The notes under the pieces were generated by a model. The model worked only from the letters and a program-made list of their open reading frames with translations. It was not told the origin of the DNA and ran no database searches. A DNA stretch of 64,000 nucleotides from the NCBI RefSeq assembly GCF_009914755.1, contig NC_060946.1. One strand, given 5' to 3'. This document shows, in pieces, positions 1 through 17,900 of the stretch (position 1 is its first letter; the number at the start of each line of letters is the position of its first letter). This stretch comes from the human T2T-CHM13v2.0 reference genome, Homo sapiens. The position numbers and the translations under genes were made by a program.

Positions 1-240
1 TGAAGGGTGGCCTGTGTCATTGGGGTCCTCAGGCTCCTGCCAGCACCCACAGCCCAGCCTCACCTGAAGGTGGTCCCAGACTACTTGCAGCCCTCATCCC
101 CAAGTCTTGGAGAGGAGAGGCCAGCACATCTCAGAGCCGGTTTGGGAGAAAGGCGCTTCGAATCCGACGTTTTATTTTCCCAGGTGTTTGAGTAGTCGTC
201 AGTTTCTGCTTGCTTGCTTTTGTTTTGGTTTTGTTATTTG

Positions 241-394
241 TTTTTTAGAGACAGGGTCTCGCTCTGTTGCCCAGGCTGCAGTGCAGTGTCTCAGTCATGG
301 CTTCCCGCAGCCTCCACCTCCTGGGCTTAATCGATCCTCCCATCTCAGCCTTGTGAGTAGCTGGGACCACAGTCACACACCACCATGCCTGGCC
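241..394 (-). mobile_element. Alu monomer (FRAM/AluJ right arm)
   Basis: gagacagggtctcgctctgttgcccaggctg...ccaccatgcctggcc. Confidence 0.8.
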
Positions 395-1424
395 ATCAGC
401 TTTCTGATTTTATCAGAGAATTGACCTGTAAAGGGAAGGAAGCGGCACCTGTGGTTTAGGAAAAGACACCACCACATAGGTTGCCAGATGCCATCCGCAC
501 CATCTGCCCTGAGGGCCCCCAGCAGAGACTGGATCCCACTGGGACCCGGTTAAACGTCCGCATGAAATACATCAGGCTCTGTCAGGCCCTGGTCCTCTCT
601 GCACTCACAGAGATGGGCCTGAATCCATTGACATTCACGTCTCCTTTACTGAGTCTCCTGGAACAGCCCACCTTCCTCCTCCCAGAAGCCTCTGATTTCC
701 TCCCTCGCTGCTGCTGGTGCTGCAAACCTGGTGCATGCCTGAGTCCCCGTCCTCGGCGCACCTGCTGCTCTGGAAAGGCTCTCTGTGAATGGTAGACACT
801 CTGGGCTCCCTCGCTGGGCTCCCAGGACCTTTGGGGAGGAAGACGTGAGTCTGCAGCAGCATCTCAGGACAGGAGAGGGGAGGGGAGCGCTCCAGGGGTG
901 GGGCCACGCTGCTTTGTGATGCTTCCCATTGCCAAGCCCTGCCCCCCGGCTCTTTCTCCCCAGCGCCAGACCAGCCCCAGCACAGAACCCTTGTTCTGGG
1001 CAGGTTCAGAGGAGCATCCGGCCCAGGGAAGAGGAAGCCCAGGCAGGTGGGGCCCAGCAGCCCCAAGTGGCCAGATCTAGGACGATGGCAGGGGCCTAGG
1101 ACAGAAGAACACGAAGACCCAGGGTCAGGAAGGGAGGGCCAGCGATGCCACCTGAGCGGGCATGCGACCAGACCAGACACAGGAACGAGGGCTCTGGGCA
1201 GGTGCCAGAGTGGGCAGGAGCCACACACACTTAAATCCACCCACTTCACACAGAGACACTTATGCACATGCATGTATGACACATGCCACACACACACCAC
1301 ACAGGCATGCATGCAATATGACACGTCTACACACACACACACGCCAGGGCACACATGCACACAACTTAGGCACACATCACCCACGAGGACATGCGGTATA
1401 CGTGTTCACACCACACAAGACATA

Positions 1425-1738
1425 CAGTCATCCCTCCGTGTCCGTGGGTTCCAGAACCCCCCACAGACACTAACATCCGCAGGTGCTCACGTCCTTTGTC
1501 GAAAACAGTGCAGCATTTGCTTGAAACCCAGGCACATCCTCCTGGATGCTGTCAATCATCTCCAGGCCCCCCGTGACACCGAGTCCAGTGTAAATTCTGT
1601 GTAAACAGTTGTTACACGGCACAGGTTTTCTAATATATTTTTATTATTTTTAATTGTTGTTTTGTTATTTTTTAATTTTTTTGATATTCAGTTAGTTGAA
1701 TCCACAGACGAAGAGCCCACAGATGTGAAGGGGTCATC
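1425..1738 (+). mobile_element. MER2 (TcMar-Tigger) DNA transposon inside CA-rich low-complexity sequence
   Basis: Starts cagtcatccctccgtgtccgtggg after TA and ends ...gttgaatccacagacgaagagcccacagatgtgaagggg; matches recalled MER2 consensus. Confidence 0.8.
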
Positions 1739-2774
1739 ATATACACACACGTGCGTACATGCACACACACATGCATACTTACACACACACCCAAACAGCA
1801 TGACACACGTACACACACGTGTCCACATCACACACACACAACCTGCAGACCCGGGGACTTGGCTGTGCCCTGGGGTCTGACCCCGCCCGTCTGCCCTCCC
1901 ACACAGCCGTGGTCACTGCTTTTGGAAGTGCTAATGAAAACCTGCTGCGCACGAGAAGCAGCAGCCGAGTCACCTGGAGCTTGGCAAGCCCATCCCTGGA
2001 GGCCGAGGCTGATCACCATAATCCACAGTCCTATTTACATCTTGATTTCATTCTGGGAGCCGCGCATTTGCATAACTTACGGCCAGTGGTGTGCGCCCTG
2101 CCCCGGGGAACGCACACCGTCTCCTCCCCATCAGGCCTGGGACCCGCCTGATTGGCAATTTGATTAGGAGACAGAATAATGCCGGGCGATACAGTATGTA
2201 ATTTATTTAAATGGAACAAAACGTGACACGCTATCACTGGAACCTGGCACCACACCTGTAGGAGCTTATTTGACACAAATTGAGATTTCAGGGTTTACAG
2301 ATATTGCAAATGAAAACTCTCCGTAGGGTATCAATAAGAGTTCAACGGTTCCTTTTATTTGGTTTGAATTAATCACAATATAGGGAAAAAGTAGGTTCTA
2401 TTTTTTGAAGGCTTTTTGAATAAAATCATTCTAAGAAGCATACATTTCTTCCGGAGATATAATTAAATTTCCAAATTGTAGTTTCCGGCTCTTACCCTCT
2501 GCAGTCAGTGCTGGGAAGGAATGTTGCTAATATTCAGGCACCAGGAAAGTTCTCGCTCAGTTCCTAGCCCAGCAGAGCCACTGCGCCCTCTCGGGAGCCA
2601 CAGAACACCCGTGAGGACAGCACCTGTGGGCTTGAACCAGAAGCCCAGCCCTGCACCTCCCCTCCACTTCCCTTTCTTCTCCTTTTTCTTCCTTTCTCCT
2701 TCCTGGCAAACTGCAGAAATACCTTGCTATGAGCTAGGCCTGGACTCCTATCTGTGCAGCCACTCACAGTGGTC

Positions 2775-3275
2775 AGTTGCATCCGTCAGCCACTGCTGCA
2801 TAACAAGCAACCCACGGTAAGTGGCCTGAAGTGATAAACAGGTAGTACTGCTCACACGTTTGTGGACAGCTGGGCAGGTGTGGTCTCAGCTGGGTCCACT
2901 CATGTGTCTGAGGTCCATTGTGGGTCCCAAGGCGGTTCTGCCACACTTAGCTGGGCTCTCTCCCGTGTCTGGGAATCGGCTGGGTGTCAGCTGGCCTAGG
3001 ATGTCCTTGACTGGAACAAATGGGCACTCCCCTCTCCTCTCTCATTCTCCAGCAGGCCAGCCCCCGGGTCCAGCAGGGGTCTGAGAGAGCAGAGACTTGC
3101 AAGGCCCCTTGAGGCCCCAGACGACAGCACATTCTTCTTTCCCCCACAGTCTATTGGCCAAAGTAAGCCTCAGGCCCAGCCCAGATTCGAGGAGTGACGA
3201 AAGAGCCTCCATGTCTTTTGGGGGGCAAAGCTGCAAGGTGACAGGACAGAGGGTGTGGAACCTGGGAGACCTTTC
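2775..3275 (-). mobile_element. MLT1-type MaLR LTR (old)
   Basis: ctgctgcataacaa...ctattggccaaagtaagcctcaggcccagcccagattc motifs typical of MLT1. Confidence 0.55.
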
Positions 3276-3979
3276 TGTCCCCCACAGCCGAGTGGCTGCA
3301 GTGGGCCCCAGAGCTGCATCCCCTGGCCTCAAAAGCAGAACAGCCATTGCTGCCCCGCTGCCTATCCTGGTGTCTCTTCTCCGGACCACACGTCTGAGTC
3401 TGGGGCCACTGGAGAAGATGGCATCACGACCCAGCCAGCCTGGCACACGTGATGATGCTCACAGCTGGCTGATCCCGCAGGAACCGCAGGGAAGCAGCTG
3501 ATTAAAGGCATCTCAAGGCAAATACTTGTAAGCAGCAAAACTGCCTGGGGGAGAACAGACAGTGAGTCCACTCTGGTCTGTCTCTAAATCCTCCACTTGC
3601 TCAAAGCCAGGGCCTCATGCTTTTAACAAGTTGATCTGCTGAACACGCCTCCCCATGAAGACCCATGAGGTCAACAGCAGTCTCAGCTCTCTCCACGGTG
3701 ACGTCCTCCAGAGCCTTCTTACAGGATAAACTGGAAAGGTCTCAATATTACAGGGAATAAGTAATTCCTTCTCTTCGATGGGCTATCAGTAACCCCACAC
3801 TTAATTTCCAAACACATGCAAACGGCAGCTGCAGGCATCACTTTTACCCGCATTTCATGAGACAGGAACATGAGCGACACATCTGAACATCACTGCCACT
3901 TGGAGGGGTATGAACTAATTTAACCCACAGAATCAGCGTTGTGGCTGAGGGCTCTTCTATGAAATGTCAATAAATATTG

Positions 3980-4270
3980 GGCCGGGCGCGGTGGCTCATG
4001 CCTGTAATCCCAGCACTTTGGGAGGCCGAGGCGGGCAGATCACAAGGTCAGGAGATCGAGACCATCCTCGCTAACACGGTGAAACCCCATCTCTACTAAA
4101 AATACAAAAAATTAGCCAGGCACGGTGGCGGACACCTGTAGTCCCAGCTACTCAGGAGGCTGAGGCAGGAGAATGACGTGAACCCAGGAGGCAGAGCTTG
4201 CAGTAAGCTGATATCGCGCCACTGCCCTCCAGCCTGGGCGACAGAGCGAGACTCCATTTCAAAAAAAAAG
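3980..4270 (+). mobile_element. AluY
   Basis: gagatcgagaccatcct diagnostic; TSD gaaatgtcaataaat at 3961-3975 and 4276-4290. Confidence 0.92.
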
Positions 4271-5077
4271 AAGAAGAAATGTCAATAAATGTGTTCAATG
4301 TGTGTGTTTAACATTGTCGGCTTGAACACGAAGGCAAGGAGCAGGCATTGTCAAGAGAATGAACATACTGAGAGGGAAAGAGTCTCCACTTCGCAGTCAG
4401 GTATTTCTGAGGAAGAGACATATGAAACGCATGTGGTTTTTCACATTTAGAGAAAGTGACGACTGTAAGAAGCTGACTGGATAAATAGTGGGGAAAGCTC
4501 TGTGCATAGCCAGCAGGAGAGTGCCCGGCATCTGCCGGTAGCTACACAGGCTCCTGGGAGAATCACCTTGACTAAGCGTCGATTTCACAAAGCTCCCAAG
4601 TCCAGGAGGGATTTCCACCTCTGCCTCCCTTTGTGGCAGTGACTATTCTGGGGAATTGGACTTAGGTGGCCTCTGCTGCCCGGCCCCTCTGCCCGTGCCA
4701 CAGCTCCAGGGGTGAGTCCTGCCTGTGCCCAGGGTCCCGCAGGTCCCAGCTGGGTGTGGCTGGCATGGCTGGGGGATGGGCCCAGGCACAGGCTCCTCTC
4801 CTTGGGTGGAGCCCAGCAGCCCCCACCTCCTGGGCTGGACCCCTGGGGGGCCTGCACTTCCCAGCTGAGCAGGTAGGGAGGCTGCCATGCAGACGCTGTG
4901 GTTGGAGCAATTCCAAAGCACAGGCTGCCGTGTGAACAGGAGGCGAGGATTAAAACAGAAATAAGAAGTTCTCTCTCATCAAGCGTGGCAGTGACATACA
5001 AGGTCCTTCCCGGCAGAATTTCGCTTTTGTGCGATGAGAAGTTCTTTGCGTGGAGGGTGGTGATGATGACACAATGA

Positions 5078-5508
<431 letters not shown>

Positions 5509-6171
5509 AAGTGTCCAGTTTTTTAAAGTCCCTCTGATGGTCGCCCACTCACATGAAGACAATGCACTGAGTACCCACATCGGAAGGAGAGCCAACGGCC
5601 CCAAAGGAAGCAAGCGGGGCTTGTGGGCAACCTGAGGCCATGTGAGGGAGACCTGCCACCAAGATGCAGAGTCTATCTATTTCCTCTCTGTGAATCTGGG
5701 TGGGTCACTTGCTGGGGCACCAGGTCAGACGTGCCCCCGGGGGGCTCCCAGCCTGAACTCCAGGGGACCCAGAGCCTCTGCTTGCACATCCTGGGACCCC
5801 AGGGCCGCTGTGCAAAGAAGCCCCAACTGGACTCCCGGGTGGAGAACTAAGGGCTCAATCCCCCAGCTCTGCCAAAATTAACTGGAGACTCCCAGAAGCA
5901 GAGATGCCTCGCTGCCACGGGGGCCACAGAGCTGCCTGGCTCACCCACCCAAAGTGCCGGCCCTCGGAGTCCTGAGCTACGTGAGTGCTTATTGCTTTCC
6001 TTTTTAAGTTTTTATTTTCAGCTGGTTTGTTACACAACAAAAGCTAACTGATTAACCAATAAATTTGAAAATTTAGATGGCAAAACAAATATAGAGAAAA
6101 TGTACAAAAGTGATACAAGAGAAACAGAACATCTCAATGATCTTTTGTCTGTTAAAGAAAATGAACCTTCA

Positions 6172-6449
6172 GGCTAGGTTTGGTGGAGCACACCTGTAAT
6201 CCCAGCACTTTGGGAAGCCAAGACAGGCAGGTCACTTGAGGTCAGGAGTTCAAGACTAGCCTGGCCAACATGGTGAAACCCCGTCTCTACTAAAAATACA
6301 AAAATTAGCCTGGCGTGGTGGCGGGTGCTTTTAATCCCAGCTACTCAGGAGGTTGAGGCAGGAGAATCGCTTGAACCCAGGAGGTGGTGGTTGCAGTGAG
6401 CCGAGACCATGGCACACTCCAGCCTGGGCGACAAGAGTGAAACTGCATT
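6172..6449 (+). mobile_element. AluS inserted in an old L1 fragment (about 6040-6950)
   Basis: TSD aaagaaaatgaaccttca at 6154-6171 and 6679-6696. Confidence 0.9.
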
Positions 6450-6588
6450 GAGAGAGAGAGAGAGAGAAGGAAAGAAGGAAAGAAAGAGAGAGAGAAAGAA
6501 GAAAGGAAGGAAGGAAGGAAGGAAGGAAGGAAGGGAAAGGAAGAAAGAAAGGAAGAAAGGAAGAAAGAAAGAAAGGAAAGAAAGAAAA

Positions 6589-6660
<72 letters not shown>

Positions 6661-6686
6661 GAGAAAGAAAGAAAGAAGAAAGAAAA
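6450..6686 (+). repeat. (GA)n/(GGAA)n/(GAAA)n polypurine microsatellite derived from the Alu tail
   Basis: About 235 bp of purines only, lying between the Alu body and its TSD. Confidence 0.95.
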
Positions 6687-7061
6687 TGAACCTTCAACCT
6701 AAAACTTTCTCACAGAAAGTCTCCAGGCCAGGTGAGTTCCCTGGTGAAATTTTTCAAACATTCAAGAAAGAAATAAGCCCAACACACACTGCTGGCACAA
6801 TGATGCCAGCGTAATCTTGGTGCCAAAACCTGACCAAAGGAAAGGTGGCTATGGGGCCAGCCCTCATGAGCAGATGTGCAAATCTAAACAAGTGTCAGCA
6901 ACCAGACCCAGTGCTGTCTTAAAGGATCTTGAACTGCAACTAAATTATTTGTCTTTTCATTATTAATTTTTCCAACATTGAACAAATGCTCTTTCACTGA
7001 CACTGGTCCTCTAGCCACATGTGAGCTTCTAACTTAAATTATGTTTTGTTTTTAATATTTT

Positions 7062-7665
7062 GGCCATGCGCAGTGACTCATACCTGTAATCCCAATGCTT
7101 TGGGAGGCTGAGGCAGGAGAATCATTGAGCCCAGGAGTTTGAGGCCAACCTGGGCAACACAGTGTGACCCCATCTGTACAAAAAAAAGTAAGGGGCAGGT
7201 GTGGTGGCTCACACCTGTAATCCCAGCACTTTGGAAGGCCAAGGCAGGCAGATCACCTGAGGTCGGGAGTTCGAGACCAGCCTGACCAACACGGAAAACC
7301 CAGTCTCTACTAAAAATACAAAATTAGCCGCACGTGGTGGTGCATGCCTGTAGTCCCAGCTACTCAGTAGGCTGAAGAAGGAGAATTGCTTGAACCTGGG
7401 ATGTGGAGGTTGTGGTGAGCCGAGATCGTGCCATTGCATTCCAGCCTGAACAACAAGGTGAAACTCCATCTCAAAAAAAAAAAAAAGAAAAGAAAAAACT
7501 AACCAGGTGTGGTGGCATGCACCTGTGGTTCCAGCTGTTCAGGAAGCTGAGGCAGGAGAATCACTTAACTCCAGGAGGTGGAGGCTGCAGTGAGCCGTGG
7601 TCACACCACTGCATTCCAGCCTGGGCAACAGAGTGAGACCCTGTCTCAAAAATAAATACATAATA
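7062..7665 (+). mobile_element. AluJ split at its A-rich linker by a full AluS (about 7193-7498)
   Basis: Left arm 7062-7190, complete Alu, then right arm 7500-7665. Confidence 0.8.
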
Positions 7666-8042
7666 AACAATTTCTACTATGTTCTTTGTCTAGCCAGTTG
7701 TTCTTGTTCCTAATACTCTGTTCTTGTTTTATGAATGATATCTGTCTTCATCTCTCTGAAGATTGAATTTTGAATGGACTCACTGTGAAGTTCTGACTAC
7801 TTTGATTACCTCTGGTTTCTCAGCTGTGACTCCTCCTGTTTATTGAGGCGGCAGCCTCTTTTCAGAGCGGGACGTCTTTGGGTGTTCGGTGATCCTGGCT
7901 CCTGGGGGTTTCTCTCCCGCAGGTGTCCAGGCTTGAAGCGGCCTCCGTCTGCAGCACTTTCGCTGCCCTGCTCTTGCCCTTCAGGTTGGATGTCAGTGCC
8001 TTGAGTTACAAACCTGTGTCGGGGGCTCCATCTGTCACCACA

Positions 8043-8210
8043 GCCGGACACAGTGCCCCACACCTGTGCTCCCCAGTACTCATGGGGCTGACAAAGGAGG
8101 ATGGTTCGAGCCCAGGAGTTGGAAGCTGTAGCACACGGTGACTGTGTCTGTGAAGAGCCACTGCCCTCCAGCCTGGGCAACACCGCGAGACCCTGTCACT
8201 AAAAAATAAA
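8043..8210 (+). mobile_element. FAM (fossil Alu monomer)
   Basis: Monomer with the FAM-type gtctgtgaagagccactgccctccagcctgggcaac segment. Confidence 0.65.
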
Positions 8211-8251
8211 TATGTATATGTATATATATATATATAGCCACAGCTGGGTAA

Positions 8252-8725
8252 TGCAGTGGGTTGAATAGTTTCCAAAATGTTCATCCAGAACCTCAGACTG
8301 TGACTGTAGCTGGACATAGATTCTTGGCAGATATGAGTGATTAAGTTTAGATGAGGTCACACAGGAGCAGGGTAGGCCCTCAGTCCTATGACTCGTGTCC
8401 ATATAGGAAGCGGAGGGGACACAGAAAGGAAACAGGTGCCCGGGAAGATGGCCTTGTGCAGACAGATGCAGAGACCGGAGCGATGCAGCGGCTGCTGAGG
8501 ACACCTGGGGACACCGGGGCGGGAAGCCGGAAGAGGCAGGAAGCCGGAAGAGGCAGGAAGCCGGAAGAGGAGGCAGGAAGGAGCTTCTCCCGGAAACCGC
8601 AGGGAAGGCGGCCCTGCCCACACCCTGAAGTCAGACTCCCGGCCTCCAGAATGGAGGACAACACGTTTCTGTTGTTTTAAGCCCCGCAGTACTGGGGTCT
8701 TTGTTCCGGCAGCCCTGGGGCACCC
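8252..8725 (+). mobile_element. MLT1 (C-like) LTR with internal 17-bp tandem repeat
   Basis: tgcagtgggttgaatag start; tttctgttgttttaagcc...tttgttccggcagccc end. Confidence 0.75.
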
Positions 8726-9480
8726 CGTGGACACCCTGCCTGAGGGCGCTGCCCCGTCCCCGGTGCCCAGGCGTTTGCCCCGTGCGTCCTGTCCTGAAGC
8801 ATCATGGCCGGGTCACTGTGGCAACGCCGTTGGTCACTGTCCCCACAGAGCAGCTTCTGCAACACGCATGTCGTCAGGCGCCGCAACCTCGGGACCCCGG
8901 TGACCAGGAAAAAGGAGACTTGGACATAAACAGAACCAGCATTTTCCAGAGGAACTCCAGAACAGAAAAACATGCAGGGCATTTTGGAGAAGGAGAAGCG
9001 GGAGTTGAGACCGTCAGAAATGACGGGAGTCCGTGCCCTGCACCTGCCGACCGCCGGCCCCGTTCCAGGGCGAAACCGCGGTCTCTCCCTCTCCACGGGA
9101 GCCAGGAGCCCGCCCGGTGTTCCCCACCTCGCAGCGGGGAGGGAGGGTGGCCTCCCAAGTCGCACGCGGGACCCGGGCATGGGTGGCCCTGCTCCATACA
9201 GCCCCGGCCACCCCACCCCTGGCCGGTCCCACAGCCTCACACCAGCCGCTCCAGCCATAGCCACGGACGGCTGAGTCCGGCCCCGATGCTCATCCCTGGA
9301 GCTCGTGCTCCCTCCTCTGGACTCCCCGAGAACTGTGCCCGGACCGCGCGCAGCCGAGCGTCTCCCTGCACAGCGGCACTCGGCGCTGTCTGCAGAATGA
9401 GCCGGTGTGCAGAGACACGCGGGCCGGCCAGCCCCTGAGAATCGCCCGGGAGCCCGGCCGGGTGGTCCCCGCGCCTCCCT
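8700..9480. promoter_or_regulatory. Orphan CpG-rich island
   Basis: Visibly high GC and CpG density outside young repeats. Confidence 0.6.
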
Positions 9481-11483
9481 GGTCTGTCCCAGTCAAAGGT
9501 CCTGATTTATCGGGGGATTTTGTGGGACTGGAAACCGCCTGGCTGAGGGAGGGTCGGGAGGATTTCACTCCACTGTCTGAGGACTGGCTGCTGATGGCTT
9601 TGATGCCTCCCCTCTCCCTCCTCCCTGGGCCCCACACCGGCCAGGCCTCACTTTAGTGCCTGTAGAAGATTCGAAGCACAGAAGCCCCTGGCATCCCGGG
9701 GAACCCCCGCCCCGGCCCCACCCCAATCACGATAAACCCTGGCCTTTGGACCAGCTCGGATGGGGCGCGGCGGGGGGCTCCTGCTCCCCTGGAAACCTCA
9801 GTGGTGTAAGGGATGGGACGTTCTCACCCTCCTGGTGTGTGTGTGGCATCTTCAGTCTTGACATCTGAATCGAACATTGGGCAGGGGTCTCTCCTGTCCT
9901 TGCAAGGTGACCGTCACTGGGATGCCCCGTCTCCAGCTGAGCAACAGCACTGTGTGTCCCAGACCTGAACAGCGAGTGGAGACAGTGCCGCTGTGCCACC
10001 GCAGGGCACCTCCCGCTGCCTTGGCCACCCAGGCCCTCCTGGGAGGGATCCAAACCACTGACCAGAAATAACACCTGAAAACCGGAACCCGGGTCCTGGG
10101 GTCACACGCAGCCGAAGGGATGGGCTGGGTGCACGAAGGACGGGCACGGCAGAGCTCGGCTGTGAGGGTGTCATCTGGGCTCGGAGCTCAGCCGCCGTGT
10201 CACCTGACCCCCTGCAACTCCGCGTGTCAGGTGGGTCGTCTGGTTTTATCCCCAGAGCACCATCCTGGAGAAAACCAAGGACACAGCAGGGTATGAGGAG
10301 CATGGGTTCCTGGTTCAGAATGAGCTTAAACAAAAGGTTTATTGGCTGGGTTTGGCGTTCCATCTGTTTATTTGCTTTTGTCTGTGGTATAAATGTCATG
10401 AGGAAGCTGAAAATGGAGAATTAGGAATGGGCCTAAGTTGCTAGTGTCTGAAACCAAGGTTAAGCTGAAGGGGAAGCCCAGGGTGGATGGACCCAATGCT
10501 AGGTGGCTCGGAGGCTTCAGGAATGGCTGGATCCAGGAGCTTATGTGACGTTATCAGATCTCTCTCTCTTTCTGTCTCTCCTCTCGCTCTGTCTCCCCCT
10601 CTGCCCACCACTATCACTACCATGCCCCCCAGCCCCCATGAACCTGCTTCTCTTTGAGTCAGGTCAGGCCCCTGAACCCTCCTACCCACAGCCATGAGGA
10701 AGACGCTGTTCCCCGCAGCCAGCTTCATGCAGACTCCCCAGTTGGCCCTGCTGTGGGCAGGAAGATGAGGCACCTTCCCTGGCCAGCCATAGACGAAGTG
10801 GTGGCCCCTGGGGCCAGGAGACGAGGGGGTCCTCTGATGATGGTGTGGGTGCAGTGCAGCTGCCCTCATGAAAAAAAGAAGACTTCAGGCAAAGATCTAA
10901 GTAAGAGATTCCAGGATCTACGATAACCCAGCTCCTAGGGGAGGGAGGGATGCAAGAAACACACAGCGTAGAGTTCAACTCAGCAAGAAGGGGCAGCATG
11001 GCTCAGAGTGACGGACCCTCACACCCACCACCTGCGTCCCACCAACCCGATGCCCACAGCGGCTGGACAGGCTGGACCAGGGGAAGTCAGCGTCTTGGAC
11101 GCTGGTGCTAGGCCACCTGCATTAACCCTCAAGTCCACCCCAGTCTGCAGCGTGGAAACTCAGCACTGGGCTTTTGTGAAGATTTAATGAGTTGGTTCCT
11201 GATTAGAATCTGGCCCCAACCACAGGCCTGATGAGGCTTTGCCCGGCAGGCCTCGGGGAAGCTACCCTCCCCGCACCAGTCTTCTGCAGCCAGCGCATCA
11301 CGGCGTCTGCAGGGAGCTGCAGTCCCGGGCCCAGCGGCCACCCCAGCACCAGAAGGCCAGCTCCCACTCACGTCTAGAGTCCTAGGCCAGGCACCGACAT
11401 CCAGAGGCCTCCTTAGCGGGGTGGGGGTGGCAGCTGAGCCACCTTCCTCCCCTCATGCCCTTCCTGTCCCTGGCCCCAGACTG

Positions 11484-11606
11484 TTTTTAGAGGCAGTGTC
11501 TTGCTGTGTTGCCCAGGCTGACCTCAAACTCGTGGCCTCCAGCGATCCTCCTGCCTGACTTCTCCAAGTGCTGGGATTGCAGACGTGAGCCGCCACTGTG
11601 CCCAGC
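11484..11606 (-). mobile_element. FLAM Alu monomer
   Basis: Left-monomer Alu sequence. Confidence 0.75.
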
Positions 11607-12925
11607 TCTGCCAGGAGCCTCTTGCTGGGGGCTCCTCCTCTTGAGGCGATCCCCACATCTGCACTGCACCCGGCCAACCCTCACCCGTCCCCTCCGTGGG
11701 GTGAATGGGACACGGAAGCCAGTGCCTCCCTCTGCCTCTGGTCTGTGGCCACCACCGTAGTGAGTAAAGGCTTGATGGCCGCGGTCGGTCCAGCTGTTCC
11801 TCCTCACTGACTGGCTGGACATCTGGTGGCTCAGCAGAGTGTGTAAGAGCCTCTGTAAGCCCCAGCGCAGGACGCACTCTCCAGGTAGCCTTGGTCCCAG
11901 GCCTGAGCCAGCCCTCTCACGCCAAGCTCAGGCCAGCTCTCAGGAGGCACCGCTGCCTTCCACCCTGGAACAAGAAACCGCAGCCACCATGAGACTCCAG
12001 CTCCCTGCCCGCAGCCCATCGGCCATCCGGTCCTTTCCTTTCAATTTTGTCCAGCATTTCCCCAGCCCAGTCCTCCCAGGCCCTGCTGGTACCCATCCCC
12101 GCGGTGCCAAGGGGACGCCTGCCCAAAGCCGACTTCAGCCCCTCTCACGGTGGCTCCCAGTGCCCGTTTAGAGAGAGAGTGAGTTCTTCGGAGGAAAAGG
12201 AGAAGATGTCTGAGGCAGCCTCTGCAGGGCAAGTGTTCTGCAGGGCAGGTGTGGGGAAGCTGGGAGTGGTCCCAGCCCTCGTGGGAGGCCTGTGGCAGCC
12301 CCGGCTCTGGAGTCAGCGCTCCCTCCTGGGAACCGATAGCTGTCTGTGAGCTCTGACCCGGCAATTCGGAAGTGGCCATGGGGACTGCATGTTTGGAATA
12401 GGGGTCTCCATCCCTCCGTTAACTGGAGACGCAGTGGAGACAGTCACTGAGACCCCAGGGGAAGGGACACCTCACAGGAACCAGAGCAGAGAAAACACAG
12501 ACTTGTCTGAATCCACTTCTAGCATCTCAGTAATTCTGAAACATCAAACAGAGCTCGGCTATCAGAGGCAACAACTGAGTTGGAGGAGGTCCTGCTTCAC
12601 CCCGAGAGGTTTCCCCGGCCCCGTGAACCATTGTTCTGAGGAAGTTCCCCACCTCCTTCCCCGCTTCCCACAGCCACAAGTCGTGAGGGGCTTCCCCCTG
12701 GGTGGGGGGCTCCTCTCCACCTCCACTCACCCTGTAACATCTGTTTCCTCTGCCCGGGGCACAGAACAGGGGCTGCTCAGAAGCTGATTTGTTTTCTGTT
12801 GAATTTGTTGAAGAATCATGTAAAATGGACCCTTATAAGGGAAAGTAAGTTTAAACCTTCAAAAGAAAAGTATACACCAACCTGGTTCAGGGTGAGGAGG
12901 CCCTGCTTTCTCTCCAGATGTTGGC

Positions 12926-13380
12926 TGTGTTAGTCAGAGTTCTCCAGAGGAACAGAGCCAGGGGGTCGTGCACAGAGAGAGGTTTATTTTTAAAAATTGG
13001 CTCCCACAGTTAGGAAGCTGAGAGCTCACCATCTGCAGCTGGCAAGCTGGACACCCGAGAGAGCCGGACACCCGGGAGAGCCGGACACCCGGGAGAGCCG
13101 GACACCCGGGAGAGCCGGACACCCGAGAGAGCCGGACACCCGGGGGAGCCAGCCAGCCAGGGGAACCAGAAGCCTGGGAGAGCCAGTGCTGCAAGCTCTA
13201 GTCCTGGTCCAAATCTGAAGGCAGGACGAGCCCATGTCCAGGCAGAAGGCGCCATGCCTCCGACAGACCCAAGGAGGCCCTGCACGCTGGGGAGGGACCA
13301 CTGCGTTACTCACCCATGGACTCAAGTGTCCTCCTCACAGCCCAGCCATGGTGACACCTCGATTCCGCATCACATCGGCG
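12926..13380 (-). mobile_element. MLT2-type (ERVL) LTR
   Basis: tgtgttagtcagagttctccagaggaacagagcca...catctgcagctggcaagctggacacc motifs. Confidence 0.65.
13049..13150. repeat. 17-bp minisatellite x6 (ggacacccg[g/a]gagagcc)
   Basis: Six near-perfect units counted directly. Confidence 0.95.
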
Positions 13381-13892
13381 AGTGCACGGCCTCCAGGTGG
13401 CTACGTGCCCTGCGTACTCATCACACTTGGCCCGGCGGAGCCTGGGTGGCTTCGTCTGACCTTATCTACTGGGCCAACTTACCCTCTAGATCCCCCAAGC
13501 CATGGTCTGTAGCGCCCCTTTCTCCCGTCCTGCTCCAGACAGCGAGGGCCTCTCCGTGGTTGAGGGCAGGGAGCACAGTCTTTGCCGAGCCCGCACGCTG
13601 CTCCCGGGATAGCAGGCACAGGCAGACGCAGCCCCAGCCCCGGGAGCAGGTGTGGGCTCCAGCTACACAAAGGAGATCTCAGAATCGGGAAACATGGCCA
13701 CTCTTGGCACCCAACTTCTTTTTGAAATATTGAAATATTTTTCTTTTTACAAAAATGTGTTCAAATGCTATAGGTTTACTTTTGTTATATGGAAATGAAT
13801 GAATATGGTCTAACTTCTCAGTTTTAATTTCAATAGGGTAGATATCAGTAGACATAAGCCACATAAACAAAAGCTTGCTGGAGTCCTCAATA

Positions 13893-17900
<4,008 letters not shown>

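Noticed and set aside
6341-6702. Lys/Arg/Glu-rich and Phe/Leu/Ser-rich ORFs
   Set aside because: Translation of the purine microsatellite.
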